This document shows, in pieces, positions 38,801-51,500 of a stretch of 64,000 bases of DNA (positions are counted from its first letter, which is position 1; each line of letters starts with the position of its first letter). The position numbers and the translations under genes are program-made. This DNA comes from Octopus sinensis (lineage: Eukaryota). Below the pieces are notes generated by a model, which had not been told where the DNA came from, made no database searches, and saw only the letters and a list, made by a program, of their open reading frames with translations. The stretch spans positions 1,860,001 to 1,924,000 of the forward strand of contig NC_043026.1 in NCBI RefSeq assembly GCF_006345805.1, in the 5' to 3' direction.

Positions 38801-40568
38801 GTTGCTTGATCTTAACAATTTGAGCATATACCTCAGTAGTTGACAATATATGCATCTCTGATGATGAGCAGCAGTAGTGGGGCAACATCATAGCTGTGTG
38901 TTCAGAGGGAATCATTGGGCTTTGAATAAATGTAATGAAAGCAAAGTTTGAAGGATACATACCCGAAGATAAAAATCGTATTACACAAAGAATATATGTT
39001 ACCGTTTACAATATTAGGGTGTTCTGTGGTCAAACAAAAATCCTCAACAAATCTTGACTTTCCACAGCATTCTCAATTTCATTCTTCAAAAAGGAAAAAA
39101 AGATAAAAGAATTCATAAGTGCCTAGTAGAGGTGCTGATAGAAATATTCTGGGGCAGATTGTTAAATTAGCCTCCATTTACTTTTCAGTTAGGCTATGAG
39201 GCCATAATGTGCCTCAGTAGAAATGTCTAGTGGTGCACAGCCTATTGGCCAGCAACTCCATTCAATACTTGGTTCAGTCATTTGATTGCAGCCATGCTGG
39301 AGCACTACCTTAAAGAGTTGTGGTCAAAGAAATTGACCCCAGGACTTATTCTTTGTAAGCTTAGTACTTATTCTATCAGTCTCTTTAGCCAAACCGCTAA
39401 GTTACAGGGACGTAAAAACACCAGCATTGGTTGTCAAGCGAGGGTAGAGGGACAAACACTGGCACACACCCATAACTACATATATATTCCTGACAGGCTT
39501 CTTTCAGTTTCCATCTACCAAATCCATTCAAAAGGCTTTGCTTGGCCTGAGGCTGTAGTAGAAGACACTTGCCTAAGGAACCATGTGGCTGCGGAGCAAA
39601 CTTCTTACAACCCAGCCATGCCCACTCCTACAATCATAATATATTTTGCAAACATAAGAAATAACCTAATTGTTATCTAATCAACACCTGAATGAGGTAG
39701 TAAGGTCCAAGCTAATCAATAAGAGATCAATAATAGAAGAATGTATGTTACCATTCCCAGTGTAAGGATGATACGAGACTAAAGAAATTCATCAGCATCA
39801 ATCTCTTCCTAAGAGATCTACGTTATGATGGCTTAAGGTGGCAAGATGGTAAGATGCTAGGATGGCAGAATTGTTGCAGCATTGGAAAAAATGCTTGACT
39901 GCATTTTGTCCTAACTTTATGTTCTGAGTTCAAATTCTGCTGAGGTCAACTTTGCCTTCCATTCCTTCAGGGTTGATAAAATAAGTACCAGTCGAGCATT
40001 GGCATTGATGTAGTCGACTTAACCCTCTTCTGAAATTGCTGGCCTTGTGCCAAAATGTGAATCCAATATCCTTAAGCTTATCCTTATAATTATAACTTAT
40101 ATATAGGTGTGTGTGTGTGTGTGTGTGTGATCATCATCGATTTAATGTTGAATTTCCCATGCTTGATGAGTCAGATGAAGTTTATTGAGGTGCATTTTCT
40201 ATGGCCAGCTGCCCTTCCTGTCAGCACCCTTCAGGTCTTTCCAAGTAAGGTAATGGTGTTTCCCCATGGCCAGACATGTTTTCATGGAAGACTGGAAACG
40301 AACGACTGCTTGTACAACAGTGGCACTTATTTACTACTATTAGGTGGTGTCAAGTAAAGGAGACAGAACCATTCTCACATTCACACACAGATAGGAACAG
40401 ACATGGCTGTGTGGTAAGAAGCTTGCTTCCTAACAACATGGTACTGGGTTCAGTCCCACTGCATCACCCCTTGGGTAAGTGTCTTCTACTATAGTCTTAG
40501 GTCAACCAAAGCCTTGTGAGTGGATTTAGTAGATGGAAACTGAAAGAATCCCATTGAATGCATGTATG

Positions 40569-40621
<53 letters not shown>

Positions 40622-43600
40622 TTATTTATTTATGTGTATCTTTGTTTGTTGTGTGTTTGTCCCCCCCCACTGATGTTGATATGTTATGCTAACGTCTCCA
40701 TAACTTAGTGGTTTGGCAAAAGAGACCAATAGAATAAGTTTTAGGCTTATGAAGAGTAAGTCCTGAGGTTGATTTCTTTGGCTAAAACCCATTAAGGCAG
40801 TGCTCCAGCATGGCCACAGTCAAATGACTGAAACAGGTAAAAAATTAAAGACTGAAAGAATGTGTGTGTGTCTTTGTGCCTGTGTCTGTCCCACCACCAC
40901 TGCTTGACAACCAGTGTTGGTTTGTTTACATCCCCGTAACTTAGCAGTTTGGCCAAATAGATTGATAGAATAAGGACTGGTGCCAATTCATTCAACTAAA
41001 AGTTTTTCAAGTCTAATGACTGAAACAGAGAAAAGATAAAACAGCTTCTTTGATCCAGGCTGATCCTGTTATCCCATCGGTGGGTCCTGAAATGTTAACC
41101 CTTTTATTAATATGTCCTTTTTCCTTCTCTCCCTCTTTTCTGTTATCATATTGATATCAAGTAGGCAACGGACTTTCATAAGAGAGGGAGTTTTCACTTC
41201 ATCTTCCCTTATATCATATTGGTTGTCTTGTAATTTGGTACTCATTAATATGTCCATGATGCTACGGCATTGGACTGGCAGAATTGTTAGCATGCTGGGC
41301 AATATGCTGAGTGGAATTTTGCCCATCTGCATGTTCTGAGTTCAAATCCTGCTGAGGTCATCCCTTTAGGGGGTCAATAAAATAAATACCATTTGAGCCC
41401 TGGGGTGAATGTAACCGATTTAGCTCCTTCCCTGAAATTGCTGGCCTTGTGCCCAAATTTGCCAACCAATATTTCCTTGTCCCATCCATAATCTTTTGAT
41501 CCGTTGGTCTCAATGTGTTCACCTTCATTGGCTGTTATTTTCTTTTTCTTATTTCTGATTTTATTCCAGGTTGCCCTGGCTACCAAAACATTGCCTCACA
41601 AAGAAGGCAGTCTCTAAAAGACAATGGGATCAGTCAGTTTCTGATGCTTTATGTCTTTTTGTGTTGAAGGTATAATGTGGGGACATCGTGTTCCTGGATT
41701 GCATGGAAATAAAACCTTCAAGGTGAGATGTTATAAAATTGTCAGTACTCCATGCCAGGCTTTTAGTGGTGTATATTCCCCCTGTGGTCTGTGTTTTTCA
41801 TTTCAAGTTGCCATGTTCAACCTGCTTAATCAGTGGTTCTTTACCCGGGCAGTGGTGCCCCCTTGGGGTGTTATCAGCTCACAAATGGACATTTTGCATA
41901 GAGGTGTGCTGGGTGTATAGAGTGGGGGATCATTATTAGAAATATATCTAGGACCATAAAAGTCCTCAAGACCTTCTTAAGATTTGAAGAATGATTGTCA
42001 ATAGAAGACACTTTACTTCACAGTTTTGGTATCAAGTGGATGTCTGGTCAGAATTCCCTCTAAAATTGAAAAGAGAACACATGCACACACACACATGCAC
42101 ACGCACACACAGACTGTTTCTGTCTACCCAATCTACTCACAAAGCTTAAGTCAGCCATGCTCAAGGTGCCACACCATGGGATTGAACCCCAAACCATTTG
42201 GCTGGTAAGTAATCTTCTTACCACACGGCCATGTTTTCAAAAAGATCTTCATCAAGATTAAGATATGAACAGAAGCTTGTGCTATCAGTGAAGAGAAAGA
42301 GGACTAATGATGCACCAAGGTCCAATATGATTTCATTATATATCTTTGTCTTCTTTATTTGTTTCCATAAAAGTTTAACATAGGGATAACTATAGTCAGG
42401 ATTAGGGATCTCATTAGAGGCTGATGAGACCTGCTACGGGTACCAGGTAAGCCAGTTCTACCTCTTTCACGGTTGAGTGATTGGTGACTAAACTGGCTTC
42501 CCTGCTTGAGTAGCTTGCTATTCTTGGTGTCTGGACATCTAGCAAAACTTAAGACAAGATCTTTTGAAGGCCAGATGAGCTCTTTGTGGGCCAATGGCTA
42601 TCCCGTTAGGGAAGGCAATGGTAAACCTCCTCAACATATCTGCCAAGAAAACACAATGAAAATGTCTGAATGAAGTACCACTATGGCTTCTTCCGATGGA
42701 ACATTTTGGGCTTAATTAGGAAGGTTTTTGCTGTAGTGTCATCAATGTACCCTGAAGCATACAATACATGATGATGGCACTAGTCCATACATGTATCTAG
42801 CTGGATGGGATGCTGTAATTATCATGAGCACAGCCCCTGGCTGAAGCTAATGTTAGAGTAATAAATGCCTGGGCCTGCAGGGAAATGCAGATGTTAAACG
42901 GTGATGATGATGCTTTTATACTTTGCAGTCATTTGACTTTGGCCTTACTGGAGCAGGGCCCTACAAGAAATTGACCTCAGGACTTATTCTTTATAAGCCT
43001 AGTACTTATTCTATTGGTCTTTTTTGCTGAACCGCTAAGTTATGGGGACATAAACACACCAACATCAGTTGTCAAGCAATGGTAGTGGGGGGGGGGCAAA
43101 CACAGCCACACAGACACTTATACATAAATACACACAATATATGATGGGTTTCTTTCAGTTTTCATCTACCAAATTCACTCACAGGTCTTTGGCTGGCCCG
43201 AGGCTATAGAAGAAGAAGACATTTACCCAAGGTGTCTTGCGATAGGACTGAACCTGGAACCATGTGGTTGGGAAGCAAGCTTTTTACTACACAATCATGC
43301 CTGCAGCTGTATTTTTTTTTGGGGGGGGGGAAACCTAGGGAGGGGATCTTTGTAAAAAGCCAACTGGTGAAAGAGAGGCTGAGCTACAGAGGTTGAGAAC
43401 CACTACTTTAGGTGAACTTGGCCTATTTCTTTGATATTGTAGTGTTACATAGACTTTTCCAGTGTTCGTTGTGGAGAGATTTCTGTCAGCTTTCATTCCC
43501 TGTCTCTTTGCAAGTACTTCACCTCTCCTAATAAAGATTTTATTTTCATATTCACAAACTCCAGCAAGATAACTGCTGAGGTTTTCTTTTCTATTGGTTG

Positions 43601-43704
43601 TTGCTGTTGTTTAGTTCCAGATCAACCATTATCAAGCTTGCCAATCATGGCCAGCCCAACTTTTTCTAGGGTACTCCCCCTCATTAATGCTCCTATGTTT
43701 GGTG

Positions 43705-44125
43705 ACTGGCTTGACAGACACCCTCAAAATTACCCAAATCATCTTTCCAACAAAGATCTTGGGCACCTTTCTGAATTTCATGTTTAACACTTACAAAATC
43801 AAAATCAAAAACAAAACAAAAAAACAACACAGTTCCAATGACTTTTGGAAACATTTTATCATGCTCACAATTGCCGAAGTATGGAATAAACTAACTCCAT
43901 CAGTTGTCAGCTGTCCAGACACTACATCCTTCAAAAATTCCATGTTTCTTGAAATTCACCAATAGTATACTTGATGCCCCCCACCCTGTTTCTTTTGGGG
44001 TTTTTTTAAAGACCTATTCACTCTTCACTTCCTGTGCATATACTATGCACTGTTCTTGCAGTTTTGCTTACTTTTACTGATGAGTTGTAGTGCAGCACCT
44101 GAGCACTGTATACAACAAGTTCATT
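43705..44125 (+). mobile_element. Decayed CR1 3' fragment
   Basis: Encodes KQHSSNDFWKHF..IAEVWNKLTPSVVSCPDTTSFK and has the same GCACCTGAGCACTGT 3' end. Confidence 0.8.
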
Positions 44126-44279
44126 ATATATTATTACTGTGTCCTTTTCTATGAAGATGTAACAGGTTTACCATATTTGATGGCATAAAAGATGTATGTT
44201 CCCCAATTTCAGCTGTTCAGATTCAGGAGAATAAGTTTTTAGTGCATTAAAGCTGATGGGATGCCAAACTTTGCACATA

Positions 44280-44706
44280 CAGGGTGTTTCACAATTTGCG
44301 TAAAAAGAAAAGAAAAATCAAAGAACATCAACCAGATTATGGCTGGGAGATAACAGTTTGTTCAAAGTAGACACCCATAGCTTGCACCACGGCCTCAAAG
44401 CTGCTCTGAAAATTGGTGAATGCATTTCTCATTGTGTCTGTGGAAAGATCTTGAAACACCTCCTTCATCTTGGCCAGCAGCTCAGCCTTGGTGTTGCAGG
44501 CAGAGCAGTTGCCCCATGGGATTACAATCAAGGGAATTAGGAAGCCGGAAACTGGGGCTGGTGAAGTTGTAGGGATTCTCTTTCCAGACGTGTGGCAAGG
44601 AACTGAATCCTGCTGCCACACATATGGCCTTCTCGCAGCCTTCCCTCCCCAGCCACGGTTTCATCACAATCTTCAGAAGCTTCATTTAGCCATCTGAATT
44701 GAGCCC
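44280..44706 (-). mobile_element. maT (DD37D-type) transposase C-terminal fragment with one TIR
   Basis: TA|CAGGGTGTTTCAC at 44278-44292. Encodes LNSDG..KLLKIVMKPWL, WQQDSVPCHTS and CNTKAELLAKMKEVFQDL. Confidence 0.8.
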
Positions 44707-45143
44707 AAATGCTAAATGGATATTTATTTGATTTAGAGTAGGTTGACCAAGGTGACCCTCCCTCGTTCAGAAAAAAATCAGTTTTCCTGAAAGGTTTTGG
44801 AACCAAAGGTTCCGCAAAATTGATGTTGTCCTTGTATTTCCAAGATGTTGGATAATCACCTACACAACATGGTGCTGTATGGTGGTCGCTCCCCCCCCCC
44901 CCCAAAAAAAATTCAAAAACAAAAAGGTACAAGGACTCTCTGAAAAAATCCATTTGTGCCAGTCACATTGACCATTACCAGCGGTGCACATAGCCTCTAA
45001 CCAGGTAGTGTAGTGACATACCATTCACCTTGGAGAATTCACACACAGTGTTGGCCTTGGCACCAAAAATTAGATGAAGGAAGAACTGTGATAAAGCAAA
45101 CAGCAAACCCTGAACAGAATATTTCCTGTCATCCCAACGGCCA

Positions 45144-46184
45144 GGTCTGTTTCTCCCACATTGGCCCTCTCAACCGCCATGTCTGTTTCTCCCACATTGG
45201 CCCTCTCAACCGCCAGGTCTGTTTCTCCCACATTGGCCCTCTCAAGCGCCAGGTCTGTTTCTCCCACATTGGCCCTCTCAACCGCCAGGTCTGTTTCTGC
45301 CACATTGGCCCTCTCAACCGCCATGTCTGTTTCTCCCACATTGGCCCTCTCAACCGCCATGTCTGTTTCTCCCACATTGGCCCTCTCAACCGCCAGGTCT
45401 GTTTCTGCCACATTGGCCCTCTCAACCGCCATGTCTGTTTCTCCCACATTGGCCCTCTCAACCGCCATGTCTGTTTCTCCCACATTGGCCCTCTCAACCG
45501 CCATGTCTGTTTCTCCCACATTGGCCCTCTCAACCGCCAGGTCTGTTTCTGCCATATTGGCCCTCTCAAGCGCCAGGTCTGTTTCTCCCACATTGGCCCT
45601 CTCAACCGCCATGTCTGTTTCTCCCACATTGGCCCTCTCAACCGCCAGGTCTGTTTCTGCCATATTGGCCCTCTCAAGCGCCAGGTCTGTTTCTCCCACA
45701 TTGGCCCTCTCAACCGCCATGTCTGTTTCTCCCACATTGGCCCTCTCAACCGCCAGGTCTGTTTCTCCCACATTGGCCCTCTCAACCGCCAGGTCTGTTT
45801 CTCCCACATTGGCCCTCTCAACCGCCAGGTCTGTTTCTCCCACATTGGCCCTCTCAACTGCCAGGTCTGTTTCTCCCACATTGGCCCTCTCAACCGCCAT
45901 GTCTGTTTCTCCCACATTGGCCCTCTCAACCGCCAGGTCTGTTTCTGCCACATTGGCCCTCTCAAGCGCCAGGTCTGTTTCTCCCACATTGGCCCTCTCA
46001 AGCGCCAGGTCTGTTTCTCCCACATTGGCCCTCTCAACCGCCAGGTCTGTTTCTCCCACATTGACCCTCTCAACCGCCATGTCTGTTTCTCCCACATTGG
46101 CCCTCTCAAGCGCCAGGTCTGTTTCTGCCACATTGGCCCTCTCAAGCGCCAGGTCTGTTTCTCCCACATTGGTCCTCTCAACCG
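45144..46184. repeat. 36-bp minisatellite, ~29 copies (GGTCTGTTTCTCCCACATTGGCCCTCTCAACCGCCA)
   Basis: Seen directly. There are a few recurrent variant positions, and five of six frames have no stop codon. Confidence 0.97.
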
Positions 46185-46379
46185 ACAGCAATGCACAGGG
46201 ACAACACTCGCCAGCAATTTTTATTTGCATTGCTAAGTCATAATAAACAAGGATTTGTGATTTGAGGAAAATTTTAATGTTTTTCCTAGCAAATCAAGCA
46301 ACCACATAGAGGCCTCCTGTTCAGCTGGCAGTTAATGGCGTGTAATGGGGAAGTGGTGGTGGTCAAGGCTGGATTAGAG

Positions 46380-47007
46380 AAAAGTAAGGAAAATTCTAAG
46401 TGGCGCATACCGCCGCCGCCGGATCCCCAATGACGCTACGCATCACTACGCACGCTCTCTCTCTCTCTTCTGTGTGTGTGTGTGCGTGCAAATGTACGCG
46501 GCCATTTGTTTATGTAACTACTTATTAAGCTTAAACCTTATCAGCTGACCCAGTGACCTGACCTCTTTGACCTTCTCTTGCTCACGTGTCATTGATGTCG
46601 CAGCCCCCCCCCCTTTTTAACTCTCAGTTTCTCTATTTCTTCTTCTTATCATCCTCTTCTCCCTATATCTCTTCCATCACAACTCAATCTCTCTCTCTTC
46701 TCTCCATTCCCTCGAAATCTTTCTAGGCTTCTTTTTTCTTTTTTAAATGCTTTTTTCTTTCAGTCTCCGTTTAACTCCTCCTCCTCCTCCTCCCTCTCAT
46801 CATTTACTCTCGCTTTCATTCTCAACATCTCTCGTTTTACTCTTTCTTTTCCCATTTGCTCCCTCCCAACGCCCATACTCTCTCTCTCTCTCTCTCTCTC
46901 TTCTTATTCTCTTTATCTCCCCTTTCCCCTTATACTTAGTTTCACCTCATTCCACTTTCGCTCTCTTTTCAGTTACCTTCTTCCACCTTTCCTCTTCTTT
47001 TACTGTT

Positions 47008-47042
<35 letters not shown>

Positions 47043-47960
47043 ATCTCTGCCTGTCTCTCATCAAACATTTTCTTTCTCTCTCTTTCTTACCTGCATCTTT
47101 ACTCCCCTCCCTTTCACTGTTATTCTCTGCACTTTAACCATCCCACCATTATTTCCCCCTCTCTCTCTCTCCTTTACATAGACTCACCTCCTCACTCCCT
47201 CTTTGACACCTTCCTCCTCCTCCTCCTCCACTCCGTTTTTAGTGTCAACACTCTGCGCTGCAAACCTTCGCTTCTTTTACCTCCACCTCCCTTCACTGGC
47301 TCTACTCCCTCCCTCTCTCTGCCTCTTCTCCCTTCTCTTCCCTTTCACTTTCTACGCTCTGTCACTGTCACCCCCCCCTTCCCTCCTTTCAACACCTTTC
47401 ACTCTACCTGTCTGCATTTCAGCACACCTGGCACCATTCGCCGTACTTGCTTTTGATCGATACATCAATACGTCTGTTGGATGTGATCGTGTGTGATTTG
47501 TTTGTAGCTCCTGTATTTACAATTCTCACAAATACATAAACAGGCGCACAACCGCCACGTAGCAATGAAGGAACTACTTTATCTGCTTTCTAGTATTTAT
47601 ACATTTGTCCTCGTTTATCACGGGTGTTTGGTTTGAAAAAAGAAACACCGTGATAATGAGTCAGTGGTAAAAGAATAACAGGATGCATGAAAGAAATAGG
47701 TTTCGTTTCGAGGCGCCAAGTCGTTCAACTAACAAGATGACACCTCGAAGTAGATTTTAAGCATAAATAATGGGTGAATGTAAAGAATACGCACACCCGG
47801 TGATTTAGGGTTCAAGGTTACGCCAAAAACGGGTGGTCAGTGAATTTTCGTGTTTGCAAAAATATTTCGAGAAAATTTTTATAAAAAAACAAAAAAAAAC
47901 CCCTGAAAATTATAAAATATCACAAGTCGAATCGTTGATTGCCGACCTCTGTTATCGCAG
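46380..47960. promoter_or_regulatory. Second CpG-rich, TE-free promoter/enhancer-like island inside intron 1
   Basis: CpG clusters at 46400-46620 and 47430-47960 flank a CT-rich tract, the same architecture as 29800-31850. There are clustered TGACC(T/C) half-sites, CACGTG and TGAGTCA. Confidence 0.4.
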
Positions 47961-48288
47961 ATCAATTCCTGATAAGGGTAAAGTACTTCACAATTGATAG
48001 TACTGTGTTATTGTGGACCAGAGATGATTGAATGAGTGATAAAGAAGTATAGACGTACTTCAGTTTACATAGATAAAGCACACACGTACTCAAGTGTATG
48101 GTAGCTTACCCTTTTAGAAATAGAAGCTGAAACTTCCTCAAAATACACCTTAGTATTTGGTATGTGTATAAATTTGTATGAACCAAGAAGGGAGACAGCT
48201 ACATATTATCTAGACCCGATAGAAATAGCAAACAATTCTCCCTCAAATTACACCTTCCTCCGTCTTCCCTTCTTTTGGACTTTCCTCT

Positions 48289-48323
48289 ATTCCTGAAGAA
48301 AAGCTTTGCTTGAAATGTAAAAT
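48289..48323 (+). ncRNA. Minimal type I hammerhead motif, same family as 551-585
   Basis: AUUC-CUGAAGA-A-AAGC(UUU)GCUU-GAA-AUGU-A-AAAU. The downstream ~100 nt is homologous to 586-686. Confidence 0.6.
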
Positions 48324-48759
48324 CCTCTTTCTTTCCTTTCCTGAGCGTCTAATAATTCAGTACTTGTACCACATCCTCGCATTGTTGTTTTTTCTTGTTT
48401 GTTCTTCTTTGTTTGGTTTCACTATATATATATATATATATATTTATTGAAATGGATAAATGAATTATCTTGTTACGGATTATTCAAATTATAACCGATA
48501 CCTGGGTAGCAAAAGTCACAACAGAAAAAACACGGTTGAGGTTATGACCATGGGGTCTCGCAACCGTGCCTTAGTGCGGAAAATTGAAGTTTTATATATT
48601 TAGTGAGGGAAGAAATGGAGCTGAACGAAGATTTTACAAAATTCCTTTTTATTATTTTCTACATATGTTTCAAAGGCTGCAAAGTCTTTGAAACATGTAG
48701 AAAATAATAAAAAGGAATTTTGTAAAATCTTCGTTCAGCTCCATTTCTTCCCTCACTAA

Positions 48760-48796
<37 letters not shown>

Positions 48797-48804
48797 AATA
48801 CATA

Positions 48805-50686
48805 CAGTAGTCCCCCCAGTATTCGCAGGGGTTATGTTCCTGGAGCAGCCATAAATAATGCAAAACCGCGAATATTGGACATGGTCCATAAAAATGCTTA
48901 TAAATGTCAAAATTCAACGTAAAATATTACATCATCATCATCATCATCATCATCGTTTAACGTCCACTTTCCATGCTAGCATGGGTTGGACGGTTCAACT
49001 GGGGTTTGGGAAGCCCGAAGGCTGCACCAGGCCAGTCAGATCTGGCAGTGTTTCTACAGCTGGATGCCCTTACTAACGCCAACCACTCCGTGAGTGTAGT
49101 GGGTGCTTTTTATGTGCCAGACGAGGCTGGCGAACGGCCACGCTTGGATGGTGTTTGTTATGTGCCACCAGCACAGAGGCCAGTCGATGCGATACTGGCT
49201 ACGGCCACGTTCGGATGGTTTTCTTATGTGCCACCGGCACTGGTACCACAAAACTACAAATTCCATTGATGTTCATCGATTTTGATTTGATTCTTTGATT
49301 TTTTGATTTTCTGATTTTCACTTGCCTCAACAGGTCTTCACAAGTAGAGTTATGTGTCCCAAGAAGGAAGGTATGCACAGGTGGACTGACTACGTCCCAG
49401 GTAGAGGCCATGGGTTATGGTCTCACTTGTCCTGCCGGGTCTTCTCGCACACAGCATACTTCCAAAGGTCTCGGTCTCTGGTCATTTCCTCGGTGAGACC
49501 TAAAGAGCGAAGGTCATTCTTCACCACCTCGTCCCAGATTTTCCTGGGTCTACCTCTTCCACAAGTTCCCTCAACCGCTAGGGTGTGGAACTTTTTCATG
49601 CAGCTATCCTCATCCATTCTCACCACATGACCATACCAGTGCAGTCATCTCTCTTACACACCACATCTGATGCTTCTTAGGTCCAACTTTTCTTTCAAGG
49701 TACTTACACTCTGTCGAGTATGAACACTGACATTACACCTCCATCGGAGCATACTGGCTTCATTTCTTGCAAGCTTACGCATATCCTCAGCTGTCATGGC
49801 CCATGTTTCACTACCATGTAGCATGGCTGTTCACACACATGCGTCATACAGTCTACCTTTTACTCTGAGCGAGAGGCCTTTTGTCACCAGCAGAGGTAGG
49901 AGCTCTTTGAACTTTTCCCAGGCTATTCTTACTCTAGCAGTTACACTTTCAGCACCCCCACCCCCACCCCCGCTGACTTGATCACCTAGGTAACGGAAGC
50001 TATCAACTATTTCAAGTTTTCTCCCTGGAATGTGGCGGAAGTTGGTCTCAGAGCATTTTCAGTGTTTATTGCTCCAGAGCATCTGCCACATACAAAAACT
50101 ATTTTCCGAGTTAGCCTTCCCTTGACGTTGCTGCACCTCTTATGTGTCCATAGCTTACATTTGGTGCATCTTATAGAGTTTCTACCTACGCCTTTTCTAC
50201 AGATCGAGCAGGGCCCTCTACCTGAAAGCGTTTGTGACTTGTCTACCTTACCTACTTATTAGGACTTTGGTTTTAGCTAGGTTGACTCTAAGGCCTTTCA
50301 ATTCTAATACTTGCTTCCACACCTGAAACTTCTCCTCCAGTTCTGATAGTGACTCAGCAATTAGAGCAAGGTCATCAGCATAGAGGAGCTCCCAGGGGCA
50401 TCCTGTCTTGAATTCCTCCGTTATTGCCAGAAGGACTATGATAAATAGGAGGGGGCTGAGGACTGAGCCTTGGTGGACCCCAACCTCCACCCGGAATTCT
50501 TCGCTGTACTCGTTGCCAACCCTCACCTTACTAACAGCGTCCCTGTACATGGCACGCACAGCTCTCACTAACCATTCATCTATCCCTAGTTTCCTCATTG
50601 ACCACCAGATAAGGGAACAGGAGACCCTGTCAAAGGCTTTCTCCAAGTCAACGAAAGCCAGGTACAGAGTACTAAATTATTAAATA

Positions 50687-50722
<36 letters not shown>

Positions 50723-50738
50723 TTACCTAGCCAAAGAT

Positions 50739-50809
<71 letters not shown>

Positions 50810-51500
50810 TATATATATATATATATATACTATTTAATAATTGAGTAAAAAATAAAGTAAAATTTATGGTTACTCACCAATAATGAATGATATTGATTTA
50901 AGATGATGATGATGAAAATAATGAAGGTAATGACTGCACAGCAAAGAAAATTTAAAGCTCTTCAGGTGATGCCTCTTCTTCAGGTGTTTTAGGGGGTGTC
51001 TTATCTTTGTGCAAGGCTTTCTTGGTGGCTTTGAGGAACATTGTGACATGAAGATGCTGTCGTTGTTTCTCCATGGTGGTGAGGTGAGTTTTATATGACA
51101 GCATCGATGGCATTTTTAAATTGGAGATACCAAACCATATAGGGATCCCATACTCCCACCTTCCCTTGAAATTGCTTTGCTGTCCTTAAAAGTTTGGACA
51201 GATGTTCAATTGCCAGGCCCACATATCCTCCTCTTCCTCTAGATCTGGCACTTCCTCCTCCTCTTTGCTAGCAGACTTCATTAACTCCAACAAGTCTTCG
51301 TCTATCAGGGTTTCTGAGTGGACACAATGAGGTCGTTGACCTCATCTTGTGTAGTGTCAAAACCTTTGCCAGTTTCACCGCATTGCTGAGAGCATCCTGC
51401 TGAATAGCCCTGGACACTCTCTGGCCACACCTTCCTCCAGCATGCAATGAGGGGTTATTTTTTCATGTCATTAAGAGCAGCATGGATGACTGGCAGGCAT
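48805..51500 (-). mobile_element. pogo/Tigger-like DNA transposon remnant split by an RTE insertion
   Basis: TA|CAGTAGTCCCCCC..TATTCGC terminus at 48803-48830. A decayed Tigger-type transposase C-terminus (IAC.RKVWPE..., acidic EE-rich linker) lies at ~50950-51500 on the minus strand. Confidence 0.6.
48931..50669 (-). mobile_element. 5'-truncated RTE LINE including part of the reverse transcriptase
   Basis: Encodes LYLAFVDLEKAFDRV...GVHQGSVLSPLLF...LLYADD (RT motifs), the GRGRPRKIW C-terminus, the 3' UTR and an (ATG)n tail. It is frameshifted. Confidence 0.93.

Noticed and set aside
44075-44115. CTGATGAG at the CR1 3' end as a hammerhead
   Set aside because: It is the CR1 terminal stem-loop, with no GAAA or stem III.
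44700-44953. ORF 44537-44953 (-) as a host exon
   Set aside because: Half of it is maT transposase. The rest has a poor acceptor (poly-G before AG) and no recognisable domain.
45144-46184. CRISPR-like array (36-bp repeat)
   Set aside because: The repeats are directly tandem with no unique spacers, the context is eukaryotic, and there are no cas genes.
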